From Octopus vulgaris (lineage: Eukaryota), in assembly GCA_951406725.2 (NCBI GenBank), contig OX597832.1, positions 53,196,001 to 53,260,000 on the forward strand: a DNA stretch of 64,000 bases. Reading direction: 5' to 3'. The position numbers and the translations under genes are program-made. The notes under the pieces were generated by a model, which saw nothing but the letters and a program-made list of their open reading frames with translations, ran no database searches and was not told the DNA's origin. Shown piece by piece: positions 25,402-37,760 of the stretch (position 1 is its first letter; each line of letters opens with the position of its first letter).

Positions 25402-25428
25402 CTTGATGTGGGTCGTGAGATAACCAGC
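25402..25428 (-). CDS. FMR1: FMR1 27-nt microexon (GWLSHDPHQ), symmetric phase 1-1
   Basis: tatttttttattgtag|GC TGG TTA TCT CAC GAC CCA CAT CAA G|gtatgt; strong splice sites, frame-preserving, GC island in very AT-rich flanks. Confidence 0.75.
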
Positions 25429-26488
25429 CTACAATAAAAAATATAAGATTAATGTGAGATATATAATTCATTCTTCAATGTGTAATATAAAACAAGAAAT
25501 ATTTATAGTTGTATTGACAATAGAATAAGGTCTGCCTCAATGCAGCAATCAGAGGATATCGTTTGGCAATGAATACAGAGGAGGATCTAGTGTGATTGGA
25601 GAGAATTAATTTAATTATGGCTTGTTGGAAATTAAAAGTTAATTGTAAATGGATGAAAGCAACTGACTTATTTAAAACAATGGTTAATGAGTTAAGACTA
25701 AACTAGAATGAAGAAGCCATGAAAACAAATTACATAGGCTAGCTAAGTGGAGAAATGTTATGTAAATGGTGAAAACACGAGGAAAACTAGGAAAGATTGT
25801 GTCAGAGCTGAGAAGATGAGAATGTGTTGTTTGACATCCTATTTCAACAAATACCCCTCCACCTCTATGTCTCTTCATCAACCTGGGGTGAGTGAGTTGC
25901 AAATAATATACTGTATTAAAGTGAGTTTAATATAAGAAGTGACACCACATATTTTCTTACAGGCTTTGTAGAATTGCATAATTTCAACTCTATAAAGGCT
26001 GGAGAGAAAATGCGTCATATATGAATCCAAAGACCAAGTCATTAGCAACTTAATTTACACACCCATTCTTGCATATGAATGAGATGGCCTTTTTATATAA
26101 GAGCAATAGTCTTTCAGTTGCTGCCCACTCAACTAGCAATCAAGAGAGGAACCCAAGTCCTCATGCATTAATTCAAAGACAACATCTGTGTATAAAAATC
26201 AAAAAATGCAAAACACTTCACAGTATCTTATCTTTGTTTTTAATTAGACTTAAAAAAAAATTTTTTTTTTAAATAATTCTCCAGGCATTAAATATGTTAA
26301 TGCAAATTACAACAGTTTTTAAGGAGTGAAATCAATTGGAGCAAGAAATCAGAGGGACAACACAATGGTTGAAATAGGATTCAGGACTAACTGTCAGCCT
26401 AAATAATGTTGAGGTCGATAGATTTGATGACACTGCTCCTTTCTGAAATTGCCTTTATGCTGCCTAAATAATAATAAATCAGTCTATA

Positions 26489-26892
26489 GGTGCAGGAGTC
26501 GCTGTGTGGTAAGTAGCTTGCTCACCAACCACATGGTTCCAGGTTCAGTCCCACTGCGTAGCACCTTGGGCAAGTGTCTTCTACTATAGCCTCGGGCCGA
26601 CCAAAGCCTTGAGTGGATTTGGTAGATGGAAACTGAAAGAAGCCTGTCGTATATATGTATATATATATATATATGTATGTGTGTGTATGTGTTTGTGTGT
26701 CTGTGTTTGTCCCCCGAGCATTGCTTGACAACCGATGCTGGTGTGTTTACGTCCCCGCAACTTAGCGGTTCGGCAAAAGAGACCGATAGAATAAGTACTG
26801 GACTTACAAAGAATAAGTCCCGGGGTCGATTTGCTCGACTAAAGGCGGTGCTCCAGCATGGCCACAGTCAAATGACTGAAACAAGTAAAAGA
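26489..26892 (+). mobile_element. SINE family A
   Basis: High identity to 11817-12256. Confidence 0.85.
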
Positions 26893-26929
26893 GATATATA
26901 TATCATCATCATCCAAATCAAAATGAAAT

Positions 26930-27442
26930 TCGATGATGGGCATGAGCACCATGCGAGCGTGATCGCTGACAGAGCGGCTAACCGGCTTCTGTGCCAGTGG
27001 CACATAAAAGGCACCATTCGAGTGTGATCGTTGCCAGCTGTGCCTTACTAGCACTTGTGCCCCATGCTAGAAAGGTGCTAAAAGCACCATCCGAGCATGA
27101 TCATTGCCAGAGCGGCTAACTGGCTTCTGTGCCGGTGGCATGTAGGAGGCACCATTCGAGCAGGATCGTTACCAGCATCGCCTTACTGGCACCTGTGCTG
27201 TTGGCATGTGAAAAAAATTTGAGCAAGGTCGTTGCCTGTACCGCCTGACTGGCCCCCATGCATGTGGCATGTAAAAGCACCCACTACACTCTAGGAGTGG
27301 TTGGCGTTAGGAAGGGCATCCAGCTGTAGAAACTCTGTCTGGAGCCCGGTGCAGCCATCTGGTTCGCCAGGCCACAATCAAACCGTCCAACTCATGCTAG
27401 CATGGAAAGCAGACGTTAAATGACGACGATGATGATGATGAT
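26930..27442 (+). mobile_element. Retroposon family B with (GAT)n tail and internal ~60-bp tandem subunits
   Basis: Repeated GTGGCA..TAAAA.GCACCATTCGAG units, then ...GCATGGAAAGCAGACGTTAAATGACGACGATGATG; same-orientation copies at 8945-9303, 36830-37123, 54875-55102 and 62440-62750. Confidence 0.8.
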
Positions 27443-27481
27443 CCAGCGTTTTAAATCCGGGTTTTGTCCCCGTTGACTTAC

Positions 27482-27655
27482 CTGAATCCCTTGCAGAATT
27501 ACTGTTTCCCCCACGTCCTCGACCCCTTCCTCGCTTGAAGCCGCGTCCTCGACCACTTAATACGCTATCTGTTAAATACCCAGCTTGCCGACGTTCTTCT
27601 TCCACTACCTCTGCTGACCAGTCGGAAATAGGACGAGGAGATAACGGGTCATCAC
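27482..27655 (-). CDS. FMR1: FMR1 exon (SDWS motif and RGG box)
   Basis: aag|GT GAT...TCA G|gtaagt; 174 nt; DDPLSPRPISDWSAEVVEEERRQAGYLTDSVLSGRGRGFKRGRGRGRGGNSNSARDS; phase 1-1. Confidence 0.92.
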
Positions 27656-29636
27656 CTTTAAAAGAGAACAACGTACATGGTAACACAGACAAAGACAATG
27701 GCAGAAGAATCTGCAGCTTTTTAAAAATTCGTTTATAATGGAGAGAAAGAAGTGAAGGATTTCATAGAAAAAATTATGGCAACTTTTTTTTTTTTTTTTA
27801 TTAAAGTTCTTTCAACATTATTATTGAAGCAATGTTTTGGAAAACTGAAAATACATAAATTTATTTCCTCCTTTTTACAAACTTTTTTTTCACAATGAAA
27901 CACCAGTGAAACACACGAGGTGCCTGAGAAGAAAATACTAAAAGTAAAAGTTTTGATATTTTAAAGATGAAATATTCTATGTTACCAATTTTGTAGGTGA
28001 CTAAGATTCAAAACTGAATGCTATGGAACTATCTACCAATTGACCAACAGTTCTAGTTTGCAATATTTGTTCCCTTCACCTTTCTAGACATTCTTATTTT
28101 TAGATTATGTTTGTACTGAACTTTCAGACGAGCCAATTTTTATCTTTCTACAATACCAAAGGGTCCCCAATTACACAGCAGCTTCAGGACAAGCCCAGAA
28201 AGGGGCCACACTAAAATAAGTTCTTAACAGGAATTGATAACCAGATATTATTTACTACATCTACAGATTTTGGAGTCAAACATTCTGTGTATAAATGCTG
28301 ACCAAAGACCTGTAAAAGTTAAAGAAATAATAGTCTTGAGTTTTCAAGAAGGACATAGAGCAGGGGTTCTCAAGTGGCATCCATATATGATTTTTGGGGG
28401 GCTCAAGCAACAAAATAGTAAACTGGGGATTCACAATAGTATTTTAAGGGCCCTTGAAAAGATTTTCCTTTAGATGTATGTATTCCAAGAAACAGCTAGG
28501 TTTCTTTCTCTAACATTTTACAAAGTTCGACTTCCATAAAATGTGTGAAAAGCAAATAAAATTTTGAGAGAAGTTTGTAAACATTGAATGGCAATGGGGA
28601 TCCACCAGAATAAAATAGATAATCACTTAAAATTCAATGAGATTAGAAATAAGACATGTCAATAATAGTTCCTTTCACAAGTTTTGTAGTTTGGATAAAT
28701 ATTTTTACAAGGTTTTATTTGTAAATCATCTTGAAGTTTAAAATCTTAAGGTGATTAACTGATCAACATCTCACAGGCCAATATTGTTCCTTGCATCATT
28801 TATGAAAAGGCCCAACAGCAAAGACAGTTGAGGGGGTCTTGTCTTGCAAGTAACCTGGTGACCCTGTTGGTGCTGGTGCCATGCAAAAAGCACTCAATAT
28901 ACACTTTCAAGTGGTTGGCATCAGGCCAGCCATAGAAGCTAGGCCTGCAATTTTGAGGAAAGGGATAAATTAATTGACCCAAGTGCTCAACTGGTGCTTA
29001 TTTTATCAACCCCATAAGGGATGAAAGGCCAAGTTGAACTTGGTGGAATTTGAACTCTGAACATAAAGACGGATGAAATGCCACTAAGTATTTTGCTTGG
29101 CATGATGATGATTCCACCAGCTTGCTGCCTTAAATAACAATAATAATGATGATTTTGCACGAAACAAACAAAAATATGTTGGAAAATAAGAATGCACAAA
29201 CTTCAGAATAATGTGTCATCATAAGTTACATACAGACTAAAAAAAAAGCTGACACAGTAACTTGCAAATAGTAATAATACAAGAAAACTCAGTTGACAAA
29301 CAGAAAATATAACAGAAGAGAAAAACTCAGTAAAATGATCAATATTAATCTACAGTACAAATACACCAGAATATATACAACTGAAATGGTTAACAAAATA
29401 AATGAATAAAGGAAATAAGATTTATCTTTCATAAACAATTCCAAGAATGAATAACAAACCTGTCTGCTAGAAACTGGCTTAAAAATTCACATCTGAAAAG
29501 TGAGACAAGTCCTAATAACTATAGTTTTGAACCAGCGTCTCCCAGTTAGAAACTCTTCAAAAAATACAGTAAAAGAAAGCATATAGATGTGAATCTAATT
29601 TTACGTCAATGGTATTTTGAAGAGCCTATAACAGTC

Positions 29637-29969
29637 TGAGGCACGTGGCTCAGTGGTTAGAGCGTCGAGCTTACGATCGTGAGGTTGTGAGCTCAAATCC
29701 CGGACCGGGCTGCGTGTTGTGTTCTTGAGCAAGACACTTTATTTCACGTTGCTCCAATTCACTCAGCTGTAGAAATGAGTTGCGACGTCACAGATGCCAA
29801 GCTGTATCGGCCCTTGCCTTTCCCTAGGACAACATCGGTGACGTGGAGAGGGGAGGCCGGTATGCATGGGCGACTGCTGGTCTTCCATAAAACAACCTTG
29901 CCCAGACTTGTGCCTTAGAGGGTAACTCTAGGTGCAAACCCATGGTCAGTGTCTGACCGAAGGGGGTCT
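29637..29969 (+). mobile_element. SINE family C
   Basis: Homologous to 878-1212. Confidence 0.85.
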
Positions 29970-31131
29970 TCTTCAATAACAGTCTGAGATAGAACCTTGT
30001 TGTGGTTCATCATTTACAAGTTTGAAATACCAAATCTTTCCATGTGCCACAATCTGTTTGTTCTGAGATTTTGGCTTGATAGTTTATGACTAGAAACCAT
30101 TACTAATTATACTGAAGTAGATGTTATCATGACACTGTTTCAACCACTAAACATGGAAAGGTCTAGATATGTTTACGGTACACAGAAATTCAAGATTGGT
30201 ACATGCGTTATATTTCCGGATACCACAATCTGAGAGAAAAATGACTAAGTGAGGTTGAAGAGGAAAAGAGTTTGCAGTTTATAGTTAGGACAATGGATTA
30301 TCAGACACTGGTTATCAATGACCAAAATGCTTTCATGTAAATTTATGTCACCCATACACTGACTAATTGTTTATGGTTAAATATGTTGCCTTTCATTGCA
30401 TGTAAACAACACAGATGTTAGTGAAAGTAGGACAATAAGAAATCTCAATTCTTAGATTGACATTTAGAGAAAGCTATTTTGGAGACACGAGGCTAGATGA
30501 GAATGTGAGAATGGTATCTATGTCATCTGTGAGACAGACTATGCAATAAATCATATACAACCAATTTATTTGACACAAAGCTTAATGAGCGATAATATTA
30601 TAAGACTAACAAAAAAAAAAAAAAAAAAAGAAAGGAAAGGAAGGACTGCAAGTGTAATGGCTATCTTCAGTTTCTAATGACCATACCTAACAAACCACAA
30701 TAACAAGGTGTGAAACAATATATGACAAGAATGAACAAAAATATCTTGTGGTTGACAAACTTGGAATAGACTAAGTTTGAGGTAGAATATAGCAATGTAT
30801 CCTTTAACATTGGATTAAAGAAAATATTAAAATGAAAAAGGCTGATTGAAAACAGAAATTTAAGAAGCAATAACAGAAACTTATTTCAACTATTTTATAC
30901 ATAAGTGGTTTTCCACACAAATATTTGCCTTTATTAAATTGTTCTAAGAATAAGGGTACTTGATACTCATCAATGCAGTAACAAAGAAGTGAGAAAAAAA
31001 AAAAAGCCCTTTGAAATATTTAAATATAATTGAAATTAAAAACTAGCAAGAAATGTTATATTTAAATACCCAATACAAACATCATACGAGTAAAAACCAA
31101 AATGTTCAAACAAATTCAATGTCCAACTTAC

Positions 31132-31253
31132 CTTGATTATTTCCACTATGTCGTTCATTAGCCCAGCGTCTACCTACTCGGCTCATGCCCCTGACTCCAC
31201 GCATCGGTGGTCCGCGGCCCCTTCTTTCATCATTATATGGGTCATTACTGCCC
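31132..31253 (-). CDS. FMR1: FMR1 exon (R/G-rich disordered region)
   Basis: cag|G GGC...CAA G|gtaagt; 122 nt; GSNDPYNDERRGRGPPMRGVRGMSRVGRRWANERHSGNNQ; phase 2 to 1. Confidence 0.9.
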
Positions 31254-31535
31254 CTGGGAGGATAAACAGGAAAACCCATCATAGTAATAACTGAAATGTG
31301 ATCATAATGTCTTATCCATAACAACATAGATTGGATACAATCCTTCCACATATGCCTTACTCTCTTGAAGATTCTCACAACTAGGAGGCCTTATGCCAAC
31401 ATATCTGGACTTTCAGACAACAATAGCAGGACAACTATTCTGATCTCAAAATTAGAAAAAGCTCTTTTACTGAGCTAAGGGCTTTATCTTTGACACATCT
31501 GTGACTTAAGCCTTACTAATAAGAACCAAATATTC

Positions 31536-31836
31536 ATACTGTTCTATATTTTAGAGATGAAGAATTCTGTACATTATTTACATTAGACAGATATGTGTCC
31601 TCATCTTGTTTGTTGTTACCACGTTTTGGCTGATTTACTCTCCAGCCTTCATCAGGTGTCCTGGTAGAATTTTGAACCCAACCCTGGGTTCTCATTCCTA
31701 AGGTATTTTTTGCTGATGTTATTAATTATTCAAGGCACTGCTTGGTACTAAACCCGGAATCTTGGGGTTAGTAGCCCATGCTTTTTATTACTAACCCCAA
31801 GATTCCGAGTTCAATTTCAGGCAGTGCCTTGAATAA
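31536..31836 (-). mobile_element. tRNA-headed SINE-like element with a degenerate hammerhead (31615-31660) and an inverted duplicate of its head
   Basis: Minus strand GACAC-CUGAUGA-A-GGCUG(gagaguaaau)CAGCC-AAAACGU (G12 to A); tRNA-like ACUAACCCCAAGAUUCCGGGUU; 31726-31773 inverted relative to 31789-31836. Confidence 0.6.
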
Positions 31837-32860
31837 ATAAAATGATTCAGTTGACTCAAGCTTTATGGTTGATTAACCACAACAGGATCACAAATCAACC
31901 TGAATTGATGCCAATTCAAAATCGTTATTCCTGTGGTTAATACAGTCATGATAAATAGCCACTTTTGTTAGTACTCTTTCATGTCACTTGAGGTTTGCAT
32001 CACAAACTAGTTTTAAATACAGAAACCTGTGTTACTGAACAATTTATTTGTAGTGCAGCTAGTCCTTGCTTGCCGTCTCCCTGTGAGACCTTTTCAAGTC
32101 TATTTTCACACTGAGCATTTCTTTTGATGTCAAACTAAGTAGGTCATGTAGAGAGAGAGACATTCTTTTGGTAATCAAAATAGGTTACTGGTGGCAAGAC
32201 AAAATATTCTTGTGCTACTCAAATGCCACAATAAATATGTATTCTAACGGAGTTGACACTACCTTCAAAGCTCAGGGGTGCAGGGTGTGACTTTAAACTC
32301 CATTTGGTAGTGAAACTCTGATTCAGGACCTCTAGGTTTTGATGAATGTGGAGCTATCTCTTAGCCATTATTGTTCCAAATTCTACTCTAATTCGGAGTA
32401 ATAGCACATTGGGGCTTACCTACCTATGCATGTGAAGAGTGGATTCGGTGCATTCTGCAAGAGAAACCTCATGGTTCAGTGGCTGCAACAATGCATTGTG
32501 GAGAACGAAGAACAAGATGAAGCAAGTAAGACATCTTGGTCATCCTTCTCCACCCTCAGTCGTCCTGACCTGGTCTAACCACTGGATTGAAGATGGTCAC
32601 CAATGGGAGAGTGTGGTTGCACAACTCCACACAAGTTATCAGTCCTCCTTGGATAACTAGATAGTCCTTGTTGCTCTGATGGATGAACATGAGCTTAGGG
32701 GTCAATATCAGTAATATACAGTGCCAATATATAACCACACCTATACTATAATTGCCCTCAAATCTCATCAATGGAAATCTACTTGTCATTAAAATAATGA
32801 AGGTAATATTTAGTGTTACAACATCAATGCAAACATGAAATACAATTTTTACGAACCCAC

Positions 32861-32964
32861 CTTCTCTCTCTTGATGGTGGATAGTAGGGGCTCTGTTGGG
32901 GACCTGATAAATTCTTCAGCTGTTGATCAATTTCTAATTTTTCTTGCCGTAACTGTTCCACTTC
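32861..32964 (-). CDS. FMR1: FMR1 exon (nuclear export signal region)
   Basis: tag|GAA...AGA AG|gtgggt; 104 nt; EVEQLRQEKLEIDQQLKNLSGPQQSPYYPPSRER, like human EVDQLRLERLQIDEQLRQI. Confidence 0.95.
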
Positions 32965-33625
32965 CTAAAATGAAAATATAAATTACCATTAACTGAGATG
33001 GCATCACTTCAAGAATCAAAACTCTGAATGGTTTACAATTAACAATATTTTTCAATTTGAAGACGTGTTCTTCTAGTTAATGATTTGCTTCATTGCAGTT
33101 ATTTCTCCAACAAAATTTACACATTCTAGAATTTATTTTATGTGTTACAATTTTCTAAAACTTAAAAAAGTAATTATATTTAGTCCAAGAGCCTCACCTA
33201 GTTTAAGAACACCAAGCTTTGGATTCTTTTAGCAGAGTTTACTCTATTGCAAGCGTTCAGAAGAAGTCTCTGAATAACTTCTTCCCACCAGCCTAAGCAA
33301 CCCCAACACCCTCAAAGGGCTATGAACACTGCCCTTTCATCTTTAACTAAGCAATTAAAAAAAATGTAGTTAGTCTTTTTCTTTCACATTCAATTTTCTA
33401 TAATTCTAAATGTAATAATTTCCATACTGTAGAATTCCCAAAAAAGAAAATACTGGTCTTTTGTTTCAGTCAGTCCTTGGACCAAAAGATTTATTCGACA
33501 GTCCAACAACCGTTAGAGACCAAGATTCATGCTGAGAAATGATTTCTTATCCTATCTCAAACGACAAAATCTTGAGTTTTAAAATAACACAACACTGTAG
33601 TAATAGTATTAACAAATATACTTAC

Positions 33626-33712
33626 CCTTAAATGCGATAAATGAAATTCTAATAGAAGCTTTGCATTGCTTATGCTTTCTACAGTTCCTACAAAAATGAA
33701 AGGCACCTGACC
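33626..33712 (-). CDS. FMR1: FMR1 exon (KH2 C-terminal half)
   Basis: cag|GGT...AGG|gtaagt; 87 nt; [29 protein letters not shown]; a second in-frame CAG acceptor lies 6 nt inside. Confidence 0.96.
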
Positions 33713-34588
33713 CTGAAGAATAAAAAAAAAAAAAAATTATTTCTTAAAGACAAAAACCTGTTAATCGGCATACAGTAACTATTGCATTTATTCTTGTAAC
33801 ATTTTAAAACAAAGCAATACCTCTAAAGCAGATAACCTACCAATAACGACAAAAATAGCAGCCCTCACTATCACTAAATGGTATGTATTTTTCTATAGGT
33901 TAAAATAAATCATCTAAAGTATCAACTCTTCTCGATTAGGTGCAACTTTCATCCAGCCCAACTACATTGGCAATATTGTGTTCTTATAAACAAAATAAAA
34001 TACTGACTCCAATAGAAAGGGACCAAGTACTCATGTCTACGATTAACTGACAAAGGAAAAACCTGAAGACTGGAAATTGCTGCAGTGCATATTGAAATCT
34101 TCAAGTTAAATGTTTGTAAATAAAGATGTACCCCATTATTATTGTCTGGAATTATTTCTGCATCCATGAAGTTAGAGCTGTCCTTTCACAATCTCAGCAA
34201 GCTTTTTTGTGGGTCAATTTTCTCATCAGCACAAATGTCTCAGATGTACGTGAACTATTCATCAACTGGAAAACTGATGACAACGTTCAGTTTACAACTA
34301 AACATTAATAGTCCTTCATTTCATTATTGATGAATTTAATTCAAGAGTTCAAAGTTCCAGCGTTATATTTTCTGAAATTCCTCAACCAATTCTTCATCCA
34401 TCCTTGTTGAAATTGTATTTTCCAAAATAATGCTTCAATAACAAAGCCCTTCTGATATATCTGGGAATTAAGTTTGCATCAAATTCGAACCCACCACCTC
34501 AAGTACAGAAGTAAATGCTTCATTAATAAATTTGCATGCTATCCCACAAATGATAATTCTTTCCATATACTACAAAAACAATAGTAGC

Positions 34589-34964
34589 ATCCCCAAAGTC
34601 CATCCCCTCCTCATCGTGGTGGAGACGCTGGCAACGGGTAGTGTCAGAGCTATGCCGTCAGGAACTTTGGTTCCTGGTAGGGCCACCCAAGGCGGATTGG
34701 TCTGACACCGAGTGGTATTAGGTCCACAACCTGGCAGACGGGGCTCTGGTGAAAATCCTCGGAGTGACTGCTTCGGCAACTGGTGGCTCCTTGGTCGTTC
34801 TGTCCTTACGTCTGCGGACAATCTGCGGCAAACAGGATGTCTCCACATGAGGGATTGTTGGGGACCACTTGTGAAATCCACATATTCCCATGAAACTTCT
34901 TCCATGAGTAGAAGCCGACTCAACTCACCCAGGGTGAATGTCGCCACAAGTACAAGTAAGTAAG
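34589..34964 (+). mobile_element. Bipartite RTE-derived non-autonomous retroelement, copy 1
   Basis: GAGCTATGCCG...AGGGCCACCCAAGGCGGA..GGTC resembles the RTE/BovB 5'UTR; (AAGT)n tail; degenerate 12-bp TSD AACAATAGTAGC / AACATTAGTGGC. Confidence 0.75.
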
Positions 34965-37214
34965 AACATTAGTGGCTTTACTATGTGGAACACAGTTTGG
35001 TAGAAGCTGCTTCAACAAAATTTCCTGTCAAACGATCAAATAGGATTCCAAGAGTCAGTACAAATATTTCATTAATAATAACCATACTTTTCTCAAGCTG
35101 CTATCATCAGCAACTATAAACTTTTAATTTTAAAAAAGTTATTGATTTTCCAAATGGTCTATTTATCGTTTGTTGATTCTTGATTCTTGTCATCGTCATT
35201 GTCTGTGCCCAGTGCAGTGATAAAATACAACAATGACCAAAAGGGTTTTAACCATCAACACGATCCAGTTGAAGCAAAGTTTAACGCTAAGTTAAAGGAG
35301 CCAATAATATTTCTATTGAAGATGGCTAGAAAACCAAACAATTCTTGGAACAAAACTTGGAATTACAATGTTTAACGCTCAAGTATGATGACAGTATTGA
35401 TTGTCAACATCATCTGCTGGATCATTCTTCAATGGCATTATTTCAAAGGATTCTTTACTGCTGCTGCCTGGTCTAAAAATATATCTCTATACAGCAGCAA
35501 TTTCTGGCGTCCATTTTGCTAAGCTTTCACATTAATGGCAAACAACTAATTATTAATTTGCCAGTGCATTATGTGTTGCTATAAGAGATTAGCTTGTTCT
35601 GTCTAAATGTTTATGTCCAAGTTTGGTTTAATATTTCCATTAGAATTTACCATCATCATCATCATCTTCTTCAGCATCATGCTTAATAGGTATGAGCAGC
35701 ACTGGTGGTGTTTGCTCAGTCTTCACTATTCACAGTAAATGAATTACTTGCAATAAGCAGCATGGATTAAATGGTTTGACAGGATCCAACAGGTCTGTGA
35801 ATTGCATCATGCTTCAATGTCTGCTTTGGTGGTGTTTCAACTGTTAGATGTCCTTTCTAACACCAACCACTTTATTGGGTACATTTTCTATAGCATCACC
35901 ACTAGCGAAGTCCATGCAGCTTCAAAACTAAGATCCTCTTCGATGGGTGGGGCTACAGTAAGGAGGGGAAGTGGCTTTATGCTACGAGATGAGAGGTTAA
36001 AATGCGAGAGAAGAGGCAAGAGCAGAACAGGTTTCTTCCAGTAGAGCAGCTAGAAAGAGATGAAAATAGTGGTTGGCAAGGTTTCAGAGTGGATCCTCAA
36101 GGTATGTGATGAATAAAAGTGAGTGGGACAGAACAGGGTGTGTGGGCAGGTAGGGGTTGCATAATTGTATGGGAGAATAAAAGACGGTGAGAGATGGAGA
36201 AAAGCTAAGGGGGTAAATATAAAGAATGAAGAACAAGTAGGGAAGAGTAGGTGACAACTGTAAAAAAATGGGTAGGACTGAGGGGTGTATGTAGTGAATG
36301 TTTGATAAGGGTGACGAATCATACATGAGATGGGGAGACGGAGAGAGAATGATGTGGTGGTGGTGGGTAGGTTGCAAATTTTTGATGGAATGAGAGGCAA
36401 GTGTAGTACATGGGGAGGGTGAGAGATGTATTGTGGTGGGGAAGGATGATCAATATAAAATGTGAGTGGAGAGAATAGTATGAAGAATGATCAATGGATA
36501 TAAAGTGAAATGGTTCCAGGAGGTGAGAAAGATAAGTGGTATAAGGGAAAAGTAGGTGAAGTATGTGGTTCTGCTCACAATTACAACAGCAAAATACTGC
36601 AGTTAGACAAAGATGAAAGATGAAGGTGTTTTGAAGAGGAAACTGAGCAAGGCAACCCAGTTTGCATTTATATACCCTGTCACCATCTCTCTCCATCCAA
36701 TTTGGGTAACCAGGTATCTCTTCTACAGCAAAACACCTGTTTCTCTCCCTCTGTCATACTCTAATCTCTCATCACCTGGTACAAAGCCACCTTCTCCAAT
36801 ATCATTGGGATCTTTGTCTTGCAAGTTACTTGGTGACTTTGCTGGTGCTGGCGTCACATAAAAAGCATTCAGTTCACTCTATAAAGTGATTGGCATTTGG
36901 AAGGGCATCCAGCTGTAAAAACCATGCTAAAACAGACCTCACCAGCACTGGTATCACATAAAAAAAAGCACCCAGGCCATTCTGTAAAGTGGTTGGCGCT
37001 AGGAACAGTATCCAGCTGTAAAACCATACCATAACAGTGGAGCTTGGTGCAGTCCTCTGGCTTGTCAATTCCTGTCAAAGTGTCCAACCCATGCCAACAT
37101 GCAAAACAGATGTTAAATGACGATACATATTGTGCTTCCAAAGTCTCAGTTTCACCAAAAGTGGCGGGTCTTCTTGAGAAATGTAAACCATCAATCATCC
37201 TGATCCTTTGTCAT

Positions 37215-37760
37215 TTCTTCCATTAGGTTCAAGGTCTTGAGATCAGCCTTCACCAGTTTACCTCATGTCTTCCTGGGTCTCCCTTTTCTGCAAGCTCCAT
37301 CCAAATTAAGTGATCAGCACTTCTTTATACAGCTCTCCTCATTTATACACATCACATGTCCATACCAGCTGGTTCTTTTTTTGCACATTGCACCTGATAC
37401 CACTTATGCACAGTTTTTCTATCAACACACTTGTACTTGAATGTTTATGTAAACTTATGTTGCACATCCAACAGACCAAGTTAGCTTCATTTCTTTCCAG
37501 TCTTCTACCCACAGTATTCAAAACCCGTATCTCACTACCATGCAGCATCACAATTCTAACACAAGTATCATACAATTTGTCCTTCAGTCTGAGGAAAAAA
37601 GACCTTCATTGTCAGCAGGTCTGAGTACTTTCCATCCTGCTTTTATCCTGGCTACTATAACGTTCAGAGCAACCACCTCCCCTGCAAAAAATATCTAGAT
37701 AAGAAAAACTATCAACTACGTCTAGTGAGCCATTTAGGTATTTAGGAGAATTTTATAGTC
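37215..37760 (-). pseudogene. RTE-clade LINE reverse transcriptase C-terminal remnant
   Basis: ORF 37339..37575 (YDTCVRIVMLHGSE...RRLERNEANLVCWMCNIS) matches the RTE ORF C-terminus; frameshifted; fainter related remnants at about 2600-3050, 48330-48600 and 63800-64000. Confidence 0.75.

Noticed and set aside
26930-27290. Regularly spaced repeats superficially like a CRISPR array
   Set aside because: Eukaryotic retroposon-internal tandem subunits; spacers are homologous to each other and there are no cas genes
27656-27710. Upstream alternative acceptor (ctgcag at 27711) for the RGG exon
   Set aside because: Poor pyrimidine tract, and it leads to an in-frame TAA; the downstream AAG acceptor fits phase and sequence
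34570-34963. Overlapping 125-aa and 83-aa ORFs
   Set aside because: They lie in a GC-rich retroelement, and the frame is not preserved in the sister copy at 42687
36050-36696. Several 97-125 aa minus-strand ORFs
   Set aside because: Low-complexity purine/pyrimidine-biased repeat interior with no domain similarity or splice support
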